Positions 11,135 to 24,508 of a DNA stretch of 64,000 bases are shown in pieces. Within the stretch, counting starts at the first letter, position 1, and every line of letters starts with the position of its first letter. A program made the position numbers and the translations under genes. Source of the DNA: Calcarisporiella thermophila CBS 279.70 (lineage: Eukaryota; Fungi; Calcarisporiellomycota). The stretch spans positions 264,970 to 328,969 of the forward strand of contig NW_027192212.1 in assembly GCF_041956535.1 (NCBI RefSeq). The letters run 5' to 3'. The notes beneath the pieces are model-generated. The model was given only the letters and a program-made list of their open reading frames with translations. It did not search any database and was not told the DNA's origin.

Positions 11135-12677
11135 GACTAAGGATGTCGGGTGAAAGAGATGGCGGCAGTGGGTGGTGTTTTGCAAGTGGTGCTACTGAAG
11201 ATTGGTTTGAAAAAGCAAGGTAGGATGTGATTTTCGATTTTGCAAGGTTCCTTTCTCCGATTTTTTATACAAGGATTTCCGCCATTAATGTGCACCCAAA
11301 AGGCAAGTGTCCCTTACACCCCCCGCGCCAAATCTGCAGTCCTTTCGTGGAAGTGACGTAAAGTTGGAATTAGAATTAGGGCGAACCTGTACATCTATCT
11401 CCCCACGAGCAACATTTGCGTTCTCTTGGAACAAAGCGAGAGCACGAGGAAAATTGGGGAGCGAGACCCAAAAATAGCTCTGCCAAGCTTCAAACTGCGA
11501 GAGGGATGACCCTAATACTAAAAGCAATAATACACCGGAGCGCCATTCTAGGCCCATTTCTACATTCATATCAGCTACCTTATTGCGATGAAATTGCTTG
11601 TGCATACGCCAATGGTTGCGCCTCTCGCAACCTCCATGGAACACGACGGAATATCGTCCCCATTATCTGACCTCGTTCACCGCGCTGAATTTGATCCATT
11701 CCCTGTCTCATCACCCAAGAGTCAAGTTTAAAGACGCAACTGCGACTGAGCTGGCTCTTTCCTATCTTTCCACCCAAATACATCCGCTATACTTGGAAAT
11801 CCTTGGCAGTATTCTCAATTATTGATTTTCTCAACTTTCTTTTTGAGGTGTGAATTAACATGCTGGAGTATGCAACCTGCATGCCCATGATAGGGATGAG
11901 GGCTATCTATTGCATATTGGCAGCAGGAGTTGTAGGAGAAAATCTAATCTGCCTCTGGCAATGCCCAGAAACTCAAACGGGACGCAAAATTAATGTTGAC
12001 CCTGATGACAGCCGGGCGAACGCTTCCTCTAATTTGGATACCCCCCTCGCTCGGCCATGATGCAGTTGTCCCACCACAGTTGAGTTCCAGGGAGCGTTCT
12101 CGAGTGGCCACCCTCAAAACTCTGAAAGGAAGGAATTGGCCCAGAACTATCCGCTTTTTCCTCTGATTTTTTCTCGCCAACGTCGAGTTGGCTGGGATGA
12201 AATGCAAAGTCATTCAACTTGCATTCCGATAATCCTTACTAGGTCAAGATACTCCCATTGATCTACTTTTCATCTGTGCTACTCCGCTGCTAGAGGCAAG
12301 TAAGCACAGGCTTGAAAGGCACACCCCAAACAACCATACGAGATACGAAAGCTAGGATCGTTTCTCTTGAAAGCCGTTTTATCCTAGTTGGATTAAGGAA
12401 TGAAAACAGCCAAGCCAATATTGCTTGAAGGATTTGCCGGATTGTATATTAGATTCGATTGGATGAGCTAACTAGTAACGAAACGGTCCCCCTCCCTTTG
12501 GGAAGAAGGGCCATTTATTCCAATATTCGTACATCTGGTATAGAAGGAAACATTATTTAAGCTAGTAGTGAAATAGTAAATAAATAAATAAATTAATAAA
12601 CAGCGGAGAAGCGTTTGGCTCCTCCGTATGAGACTATGATGGTGGATATAGATTCAAAAGATTAAGAATACAAAAAT

Positions 12678-14724
12678 CTATGAGCTCTCGGCGTTGCGCG
12701 GTGAAGTGTTGTTTTCTGCATGCTCCTCGGCATTGACTTTCCTATTTTCTTCGCCTACGCTCTCTGGCCTCTCCGCCGATTCCACCCTCACCCCGACGCT
12801 TGCGTAGTCAGGCGCCTCCCGTTTCTTCCTACTCCCCTGAGTCTCCTCCTCCTCTTCTCCCAATTGGAGTTCTAGCATCTCTTGCTCCCACTCCTTCCCA
12901 CGGAACTCTACACAAACAAGACATCTTGTTAACTCTCCATGCTCAGGATGAAGTGTATGTGGTTGCATTTACCTCCTTCCCACCGAGCCATCACAACGCA
13001 CGCCAGGCAATTTCCAAGCACGTTGATGGCCGTTCGTGCCATATCTATATATATACAGAATTTGAAAATAAATCCAAAGGTGAGATTGGACTCAAAGGAG
13101 ACTGTGGCTGTGTCATAGTGGACATAGATTGCAAGGGTCATATACCTGTGATGGGCTCCACCCCCATGGTAAGGGTCACCGCCGCAAGCGGTAGGCCAAA
13201 TTGAGTGGCAGCTGCGGAGAGCACGACTAGTCCCGCGCGAGGAATGGCTGCAATTCCTTTGGTGCTAAGGATGAGGGTTGCCATGATGGTGAGCTGACGC
13301 GAGATATCGAGTTCCATCCTGCCCGCCTGAGCGCAGAAAATACAGGCGAGAGAGTGGTATACTTTGGGAGCGGTAAAATAAGATCAGTTGGGTGGCATTG
13401 GGTCAATAGGGAGAAAGCATTCTCGATAGAAGAGCTAGGGGTCATTTACCTGCACCACCGTCCAAGTTGAACGAGTAGCCACACGGAATAACAAATGCAA
13501 CGATCTTCTGCGGTACGCCAAACTAGACCAACACTCGTCAAGGTGAGTTCACGTCTCATTACTCTCTCAAGTCAAGCATAGGCCGCAAAAACAAAACCAC
13601 TCACCTTATGCATGTTTTTCATGGCACGGGGAAGCGCTGACTCGGAGGAGGAAGTGGAAAAGGCGATCAACATCGGTTGGGCAACATGCCGTAGAAAATC
13701 CACAAACGGGATACGGGCCAGAAGCACCACCGGAACAAACACCACCAGCACGAGAATCCCCAGCGCACCATACACAGTGCCCACCAGTTTGCTCAAGCTC
13801 ACCAACACTCCAATGCCATTGCCGCCCACCGTGGAAGCCAAGGCGGCGGCGACTCCAATGGGCGCATAGTTCATGACAAGCTCGGTCACCCTAAACATCA
13901 CCTGGGAGAGCGAGACAGTAAAATCAAGCATGACGCGCTTCGAGCCAGGATCCGAGTTGAGGATTCCGACGCCAAACATCACTGCGCAAAACACGATGGC
14001 TAGCACCGTGTTCTCCGAGGCGGCTTGGAAGAAGCTCTTGGGCACAATCACTCCAAACAAATGATCCCACGTTATGGAAGCCCCATTTTTCGCGAGATCT
14101 GCAGCCGCCTTTTCACTGACTCCCTGAAGATTGATGCCATCGCCGGGCCGTGCAATGTTGGCTACACAAGGGGGAGAAAGAATGGGATCCATTAACTTAT
14201 TAATGTCTCAACGCTTGTCAGGCTTCGGGCTAACAAAGCTTTTGACTTCCTCTACCCATCAATTGCAAGAAACATGAAATTACCCATAATTAGCCCAATC
14301 GCCAGTGCTATTGTTGTAATAAAAAAAAAGTAGAGTAAGGACTTGAGGGCCAGTCGGCCCACTCGAATAAGGTCGTCGCCGTGGCCCGCGATACCCACGA
14401 CAAGGGTGGAGAAGATGAGTGGAACCTCGAGCGTCTGTATCATGCGGATAAATGCCTACCGATATTCCGAAAACAATTACCGACCCTTTTATTAAACTGG
14501 TGCTTCAAGGTCATGTATACCTTAGCAAAGGGATCGATGGCGATGCCGAATGCGGGGTTGACCGCGCCAATAAGGATACCGAGGAGCATTCCCGCGAGGA
14601 TCCAGAAGGTGAGATTCGTGCGGCGGATGATCCTCCATGGAATGACCAAATGTCGACGAGGACCCGTGACGGGCACCGGTGCGGTTACATAGGCCCGATA
14701 GTCTCGCCACCAATTCCTTAACAT
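12678..14724 (-). CDS. Dicarboxylate/amino acid:cation symporter (DAACS/SDF; GltP/DctA-like); 6 exons
   Basis: FIRMI..L.VPLIFSTLVVGIA, AFSTSSSESALP (HP1), GYSFNLDG (TM7), LSTKGIAAIPR (HP2) and DMARTAINVLGN...VMARWEG (TM8) after splicing five canonical introns. Confidence 0.92.
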
Positions 14725-15190
14725 GAATGGGATGCTTGTGGTTGGGATTTATAGAGGGTGCAGCGACCTGGATTGAAAAACCCCTTTTCCGGCATTGAGA
14801 GGGCCATATGTGGCAAATTTATTAAATAGGCTCCGCGGACTCCCAATCGCCCATCACGCAAAATCCTCCCTACTCGGCCGTGGTTTTTAGTGTTTGCCAA
14901 ATCAGCGCCTCAATCACAAAAATCGCATCATCACTCAGCGGAATGACCCTACTCTTCCCCAAAATTGGCCTACTCTCGTCAAATGTTCCCAATGTGGGAC
15001 CATGCGGGACTCGGTCTTTTTCATCACAACTTTATGGCGAGATCCTATATGGACTCTTACAACCCAATTTTATTCTTGAGATATCCTCTGACTATTCACA
15101 CAAGTGATATATCGTCGTACATCCTACCTGGTATTCAATAAATGTGTCGAAAGGGATATGGGTAAAAGAAAAAAAGTGGGAAAAATCCGA

Positions 15191-15781
15191 TTATTCAACC
15201 ACCTGGTGAAGCGGTCCCGCTACAACGATATCGGCCGCCGATTTCTCGTGGATATGAGCGCCCGTGTCGGGATGGGTAGCCACCACCTGCCTTACCAATG
15301 GCTCTGGGGAGATGGCGGGTGGAGCTTGCGGTGCTTGGCGAGGGTCAGCTGGCTGTGGCTGAGGCTGAGGCTGAGGTTGCGTGGGCGCCTCCACGCATTC
15401 AGTGGTCTCACCCTGGACAACCTGCTGCACGGGTCCGAGCACAGCTACCGAGGGCTCTTTCGTAGGCAAGATTGGCTGAGGCGCTGGCTGCTCTTGAGGA
15501 ATCTGCTGAACCTCAATAGGCTGCGGGAGGGGCTCGGGGCATTCCTCTTGGATTGGACCCTCGATACAAGCCAAGGCCATCCCGGAGAAGGCCCCGGGGT
15601 AGTAACTTGGGAGCCCCCCGGGTATGCCAAGGCCACTCATCAGGCTCGATGCGCTCCCGAAAGCGCTGCCTGGAGTGATGGCAAGCGAGGATTGGGTGCT
15701 CGCTTGCTGAGGGAAGAGAGGGAGAGCCGAGACGCCCAAGGCGAGGGCGAGGTGAAATGCGAGACGGATGATTTGGGCCAT
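15191..15781 (-). CDS. Putative secreted Pro/Gln-rich protein
   Basis: 196-aa ORF with a signal-peptide-like start (MAQIIRLAFHLALALGVSA/LP), (QP)n repeats and three Cys; no family recognised. Confidence 0.65.
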   Translation of the reverse strand: MAQIIRLAFHLALALGVSALPLFPQQASTQSSLAITPGSAFGSASSLMSGLGIPGGLPSYYPGAFSGMALACIEGPIQEECPEPLPQPIEVQQIPQEQPAPQPILPTKEPSVAVLGPVQQVVQGETTECVEAPTQPQPQPQPQPADPRQAPQAPPAISPEPLVRQVVATHPDTGAHIHEKSAADIVVAGPLHQVVE

Positions 15782-16144
15782 TTTGGATTGGATTAGTTGC
15801 TAGAAAAATGCTCAAGATGATGTGTGAATGGATGATGGGGGAGCTGAGGGACGAGGCACGCCGTCCCCTTTTATATTGGGCTGCCGTTGCATCTCATAGA
15901 CTCGGGGGGGGGGGGTATATTTCGCTTGCTCGATCAAAGCTATGTATTTGACTACACCCAAGACGTGGAGCCTCTCGCTCTTCTCCCCGATGGGCAAGGG
16001 AGGGGGCTAGAGTCTAACTGCAAAACCTCAAACAAAACTGCTCCAACACCGGTCGAAAGATCACAAAAAATGATTTTTATTAGAATCCATTTTTGAGGCG
16101 GGGAAAGAAAAAAGTGAAACAAAAAAGTTGATGAAAAAATTTCT

Positions 16145-17595
<1,451 letters not shown>

Positions 17596-17965
17596 CGCTT
17601 TAATATTTTATTTTATATCTGAAAAAAAAAATTGAGAAACAAGAGTAGAAGAACTGGAAAGAAAAGAAAAGAAAAAAATAACGCGGAACAAACACGCCTC
17701 GAAATAAGTTGTCTCGCGTTTGTTTAGAGGCGCAGTCAATTTTATTTTTGATGCATCTACTCTGAACAATTATAGTAGAGGTGCAAAGACAGGAAAATGA
17801 AGCGGGTAAGGTAAAGATAACAAAAGAGCGTTAATAATAGTGGTTAGATAGGTCATCAAATATAATAATCAAGGTAAAAAGTGGGGGATTTTCCACAAAA
17901 AAAAAAACCAAGAAAAAGCAATATTGTTCAGTCAAAATAAGCTCGCAAGCACGCACAAGAGGATT

Positions 17966-20631
17966 TTAATTACAAAGTAGATTCATCAGCACCTGGTTCT
18001 CCACCTCCACAACATCCGAACCCACATGATTGGAGGGGCAATCAAAGCTGGCCTGCTTCCTTTCCAGAGGGAGCTGCTCACCCATCCTATATACATTCCA
18101 CACCATTGCGTTCACCTCTCGCTCGAGAGTTTCACGCGCCAGGGTATCGTATGCATCGACTCTCAGCGTAGAGAACTTGCGCTGCCAATCGGTCATGTCC
18201 ACACGACAACAAAAATATTGAGAAGTTCGGTATATAATCTTGACGCCATACGGAAGGTAGCGTTGCTTGATGAATGCAACCAGCCGGTCGAGCTCGAATC
18301 GGAACGTTTCGTAAGGAAGGAAGGCAGCGTCCCAATTCCCCAGGGAGACGATAAGGAGCTGAGGGGGGGCCAGGGTAAGATACCAGCGCTTGCCAAGTTT
18401 TTGTTTCGAATCCGCGCTTGTCAAGTCTGGATCGTACTGAGGTTCGATGTGCACATTTGGGACATGTTGTTTGACGACGCTGACATCTGGGTAGTCAATG
18501 AAGAGCTGATCCCACTTTGGATCGTTTAATTGAGTCAAACTAACGAGGGCAGAGGAAGATGGGAGGGGTTAGAACATCGGGTAGAAGCGGCTTGTAACTT
18601 GTAAATGAACAAAAACAAATGCTTACCCGTCCCACTTGTAATGCCAAATTTCCGAAGTTGGGCTTCCATCCTGGAGATTGTGCGGTAACAAAATCTTATT
18701 CGCACGTAGCATTGGATTGAAGGTCGTGTAGTTCCAATCCGTTTCCTGTAATAGCGTTCATCCCGAATCATTATCGGCTTGAATCCGCATCTAGTGTAAA
18801 GTAGCTGGGCACTTACCTGATAATCCTCACAATGACACGCCCTCTGCTTGTCAAAATTTGCTGCAATTTCCGCCTTATCCGAACACCATTCTCCATACGT
18901 GATCATTTTTTTTAAAGCTCTCCGTGAATTTGAGTCACCGAACCAATGGATGAGGGGGTATTTCTTTGAGAGACACTGGTTGAATTGCTCATAAGTATAC
19001 TTGCGGTATCTGCAGGTGTATGGGGCCCAAAAGCGATCGCTATCATCAAGGGCAGCAGGAGCAAATTTCGGATCATCTTTAAAGAGCGAGGCCGGAAGCC
19101 AGCGACCAGGAACATCCGCGGAAGTGCAAAGAGGAAGACTGAAATGGTCTTTATACGCCGAATTTTTGACGGAACTCGCGGGATGCTTCTCCTTTGTTGA
19201 GATAGCTTCTTGCTGCTTCTTCTCTTCTGCTGTTGTTTTGTCAAGCGCTTCATTCTCATTGTAGTCATTATCTTCATAGCTGTTCTCGTCATCATCCTCT
19301 AGCTCCTCAGCCTTATCTACATCCTCTTGCTCTTCCGCCATTTCATCCTGTTCAGTCTCTTTTTCTCCCCCCTCCTTCTCTCTCGTCCCTTCCGCCTCAT
19401 CATTGGCCTCCCCCTCCACTTTCTCTATCTTTACGACGGAGGACTTTCCTACTCTACGTTCGCCTTCATCGACCTTTGCGATATCGTCTACCAAACCATT
19501 TTCCTCCGCAGCTGACTTCACTTCCTTGTTTGGCTTTTCTTGCACTGGAGCATTCACATCTGGATCTGTACTAGAGGGGCTTTTCGTCTTACCGGCGCGA
19601 TTCTTAGCCTCCCCTTCCAAAGGCATATTCTCCAGAGGAAGTGAATCGGTTTCACCATTTTCCATTGGCATTTCGTCAACTTGTACCATAAACTCTTTGG
19701 CCGGCAATATTGGCACGTTATTGTAGGGAGCAATTGGGGCAACCTCATAATTCCACCGTGCATCCCTGAACTCCCATATACCCTTAATTTCATAGCTGCT
19801 CGGATCTACTAGCTTGATCTCCGCTTCATACACGTGCACTCCCCCCCGATCCACTAGTTCGTGTATTTCCAATGCTTCTGTGGTGTCCTGTTGATTCCGC
19901 TCAGCGAATATCAGTTGGTGACCTGGCCATTGTCTGACTGGAACAGTAACCTCAGCAACTTTAGAGATGGCACGCAGCATAATGCTATCCCATGGCTTCC
20001 CTCGGATTGGCTGGAAATACGGGCGCCACGGGTCTGTATTCTCGCTAGCATCGGGGGCTATGGGCGGTAGTGCCATTCGAATGCATAGAGGTTGTTCAGG
20101 CTGAAGTTTAATATGCGATTCCTCAGGAACAATCAGAACTGGACCCTTAGGTATCATGGCGCGCTCCTCTTCTGTAAGTTCACCGTCTGGGTACCGGTCT
20201 AACCATAGGGCTATACGTACACCCTCTGGAAGCTCCATATTATCGCAAGAGTATCGATTAAATCTATCATTACTCTTCGTTGTCGGCTGCTTCATCCAGG
20301 AAGGATCCCAGCGAGGTCGTGGCACTGTCGGCACCGCTGGAGCGGATTCCTCTATTGAATCATGATGTTTTGGTTCCCGTTCGCCCCAGAGTACTCGCCC
20401 AGTGTATGCGATTGCTTGTAATGTTAAAAGGCCTACGAAGATGAGAGCAAGTGTAAAATAAATAAAGGTCTTGCGTGGCAATGAGCCAAGGTATGATGAT
20501 GTGGAGGAATTCGGGGGTTTAAGAGAGGGGGAGGCATTAGATGGCGAATCTGTGAGTTGCTGGCGGAAGAATGGAAGGTAGCCTCCAGGATTGCGGCTCA
20601 ACAGGGAAGCCGATGGATTGTCTTGCGACAT
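17966..20631 (-). CDS. Membrane-anchored SGNH/PC-esterase (TBL/NXPE-like) protein with a long acidic insert; 3 exons
   Basis: One N-terminal TM (FIYFTLALIFVGLLTLQAIAY), C..PGRW...W.PY.C.Y, CL..K...IHWFGDSNSRR (GDS motif), SLGNWD, and C-terminal CPSNH...VENQVLMNLLCN. Two GT-AG introns near 18536-18625 and 18746-18815. Confidence 0.75.
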
Positions 20632-21777
20632 AGCACAAATTATATAAAGTGTATAATTCGCAAAAAACAAGCGAAGGCTAGATGCTCTAACTAAATGGAG
20701 AAAGGTTTCTCTAGTATGGTGTAATGAGGGTATGATATATCTTTCTACGCTCAACTACATTCACCCCACTTTTCTACTTCTAATAATAAAAAAAAGTAAA
20801 AATTGATTTAAGTTTGCTCTTGAGTGAATTGGGTGGATACGTTGAGGATAGGAAGCTTAGTGCAATTATTAATAGTAATATTAAGTGATGAATAGGCGTT
20901 GCACAGAACATTTGGAGCGTATGGAAGTCGAATCTAAGCAAGGCACGCTCGCCTTGGTAGGCGCATCTCGATAGGTGCACTCCATTTTCTATCGTTCCAA
21001 CGCTACGAGCCAAAAGATTTGCAAATATGGAACTATTTTTAGCACAATTTATTAACTGTGGCTTGGTTTCCTAAATATCGCATATTGTGAGTCACACTAT
21101 TACCCCCTCTGTTAACTTAACCTTGAACTCGTCAACACGTCTAAAACGTCAGCATCAACGTGCTGTTCGCTGCCTCTCTTGTTCCAGCGCATACGCTCAT
21201 GAGATGTCCTTTTGTGAGGTCAATAGGAATTGATGTTGCGAGATTGCCATTTGATTGTCGCGATTCGCTCCCAAAATCCCGCTAAAAAATATATTGATGT
21301 ATGGATGAGGACGTGTTATAAACTTTAAAGAAGTTTATGATTCCTTTTATGGAGATTTATCGACATCTAGACAGTAAGCATTATGCCAAGAAATCCTCTG
21401 AATCTTTCAGATTTTCCATTACTATGCCGGTAGAGAGTGTAATGCGATTATGGATTATACTAAATATCCTTTTGATAAGCTATGAGAGCCGTGCCTGCGA
21501 GAATCTTAAGAGTATGTTTTCTTCCCACGATATAGCAAGGAAAAAATTAGGCGAAAAATACTTTAGTTTCAATCGAGAACTCGCGGATTTCCTGTCAATA
21601 CTAAATCATAATAAGGCATTGTTAATCATCTCTATTAAATAATCGATAATCAATCTAGTCATCGCCCTGGCAAGTTATTCAATCTGTGAGTATTTAAAGA
21701 AGTTTTCTTTTCACGGTAGTGGCAATTAAGTCTATAGTATTTTATGTAAAAATGACAATTTAATAGGCAAAATTTTT

Positions 21778-22034
21778 GCTGTTTAAAATCGCTGAATGGC
21801 TTGCAGCTAAAGGCCTTACCGATAATGCTATGCAACTTATTATCAAATATATCAGGCATGATCTTTGCTGTTTAAAATAGCTGAATGGCTTGCAGCTAAA
21901 GGCGTTGCCGATAATGCTATGCAACTTATTATCAAATATATCATGCATGATCTTTGCTGTTTAAAATGGCTGAATAGCTTGTAGCTAAAGCCGTTCCCGA
22001 TAATGCTATGCAACTTATTATCAAATATATCAGG
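21778..22034 (+). repeat. Tandem repeat, about 3 copies of an 89-bp unit
   Basis: GCTGTTTAAAATnGCTGAATrGCTTGyAGCTAAAG...CCGATAATGCTATGCAACTTATTATCAAATATATCA starts at 21778, 21867 and 21956 with few substitutions. Confidence 0.95.
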
Positions 22035-22898
22035 AGCAAGAATTTGGAAAATGTTGCATAGATCGGATTTAATGCTTAAGTCATTCTCGATTCTGAGATC
22101 TTGGGACGTAAGTTCTTGCGTCCTTAAGAAGAAAAAAAAGATTCTGAGATCTTGAGGATATCCACCATTTTTATCTTTGCACATATACACCTTTTTTTCT
22201 GTGAAAGCTTTCGTCGCAGACCCCTTAAAATTGATTGATACTATATGTGGAACTTGTTAGTACACCATTTTGCATTCAAAATCTCGGATAGCCCTTTATT
22301 ATTCCATTCTACATGACCGCCAGAGGAACCGACGAATTTATTCGACAACCCTAAAGTATCGCAATAGCAAAATTGGACAATACTTGAATAGAATAGAGTG
22401 GAATAAAGCCTTCTGAGTACAACGCCACGGTATGTATGAACTTAAATTTTAAAAATATTCGATCATATTTAGCAGAGTAGAATGATCGAATGCTTAAGGA
22501 CTCCGAGTAGGGAAGTAGTATTAAATTATTGCCACGACACTCTGGTCTAAGCCGTATATTGAAGAGGGTCGCTTTATTTTTTACTCTAACCGTGGTAGTA
22601 CTCGGCGAGATCTGACACAATTAAAATAAGCACGGGAATTTCCCATTAATTAGAATGAAACACCCACTGAGTGACGATGGCTCCGAAAAAAGGGGTGTCA
22701 TTTGCATGCTTTACATTAGGTCTGTGTGAGCCCACTCTTCCCTTAATTAAGATTTTTTATTGAAGATTTCACCACTATATAAATTGTATAACCTCTCCAC
22801 ATTGAACTCTTTTTATTTCTATCTTTTATACAGGTACCCTATTTTTAACGCACTCTCTGAACCTCCTCTCTTTTTTTTCGAAAATATCTCAATAAACG

Positions 22899-24222
22899 AT
22901 GCGCTGGCTCAAAACACTTATTCTGGTCGCTCCCACCCTAGCGGTGGTTGCCGCTCAGGCCCCATTGATAGTTCCTAAAGACGGGGAGCCAATTCCAAAC
23001 TCTTATATTGTGATCCTCAAGCCAGAAACCGTTCTCTCTCAAGTACTTACTGATGTCACCTCTCTTCTAAGACCGTTGGCCCCTTTGACTTCCCTCACCT
23101 CTCACGCCATTGGAGCCTTCCAGGCACTTGTCGGCAATTTCGATAATGCAGCACTTGAAGTGTTGCGAAGAAGTCCCTTTGTGGACCGAGTGGAGCAAGA
23201 CGTGAAATTCAAAGCAAATGCTGTGCAGGAAGACGCACCTTGGGGTCTGGTACGTATTTCTCATAGAGACAACCCAATTGCCAGTGGAATAAGGGAATAT
23301 GTGTACGACCCCAATGGTGGTGCTGGCCAGGTGGTATATATTTTGGATACGGGCGTAAACATTAAGCACGAGGAATTCGAGGGTCGGGCTGTAAGTATAG
23401 CTTTTCATTCCGGCCCTCTCTAGCATTTGGCTCATATTTCTCGATCTTCAATAGCGCATCGGCAAAACCTTTTATGAGGGCACCGGTGAAGATGACTTGG
23501 GCCATGGTACCCATGTCGCAGGCATTGTGGGTGGTAAGACATATGGTGTCGCCAAGAAAGCTGAGATTGTGTCAGTCAAGGTTCTAGGCCCTGACGGCAG
23601 CGGCTCAACGAGCACCATCATTGCTGGGTTGGAATGGGTTAATAAAAATGCAGATAAGGGAAAGAGTGTTGTGAATATGTCTTTGGGCGGCCCACGAAGT
23701 ATCGCGCTTGACCTTGCAGTTCGAGAGGTATGTGCTGGCAACAGCATGCTAGCCATAATATCTAGATAATTGTGACTAACGCAATTTGTATTGGAACTCT
23801 AGGTAACTAACAATAACACAATTGTGGTGGTAGCGGCCGGTAACAGCAACTTTGACTCCTGCTTTTTCTCGCCTGCCGGATCTCCAGGTGTGATTTCCGT
23901 AGCCGCCACCCAAGAGGATGACAAACGCGCCTCCTACAGCAACTTCGGTTTTCTCTGCACCACTCTGTTTGCCCCTGGAACCCAAATCCCATCCGCATGG
24001 ATCGGTTCCACTACCGAAGTAAAGACGATCTCCGGTACTTCAATGGCTTCTCCACACGTAGCAGGTGCTGTTGCCGTGATGTTGGGAAGAGAAGGACCGT
24101 TGACTCCATCACAGGTGAAGAAGCGTCTGCAGGATAATGCTACTAAGAATAAGGTTAGCGATGCACGATCGCCCAATCTCTTGCTCTTCGAGAGGGGACC
24201 TGAAGAGAATCAAGCGCAGTAG
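22899..24222 (+). CDS. Secreted subtilisin-like serine protease (S8A, proteinase K type) with I9 prodomain; 3 exons
   Basis: Signal peptide, IPNSYIV prodomain, APWGLVRIS, catalytic YILDTG, GHGTHVAG and SGTSMASPHVAG, oxyanion AAGN. Confidence 0.96.
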
Positions 24223-24508
24223 ACGACATTGGACAATTTCACCTTACATTTGCAGTAGAAACACCGAAAATCTCTAGAGAGCATACTTTTCATCAAAACA
24301 CATTTTAATCTCTAATGTGTACTTTATGGCTTCGTCTCTGGTTACGAGCATATTATTTGTGTTAGTTTAATCCAATTAAACATGTTCAATAACTTTCATA
24401 TAAAAACATTTTAAATACGGGTCTCACTGAAAGATATTTTATGATCTCACAATAGAGGGGAAGGATTGAAGGATTGTTGCAAAATAAAAGCAGAGTTACC
24501 AATCTTCT

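Noticed and set aside
15104-15796. 230-aa plus-strand Arg/Leu-rich ORF
   Set aside because: Antisense shadow of the P/Q-rich secreted protein; non-ATG start.
21778-22034. CRISPR-like array
   Set aside because: Units are contiguous 89-bp copies without unique spacers, there are no cas genes, and the context is eukaryotic.
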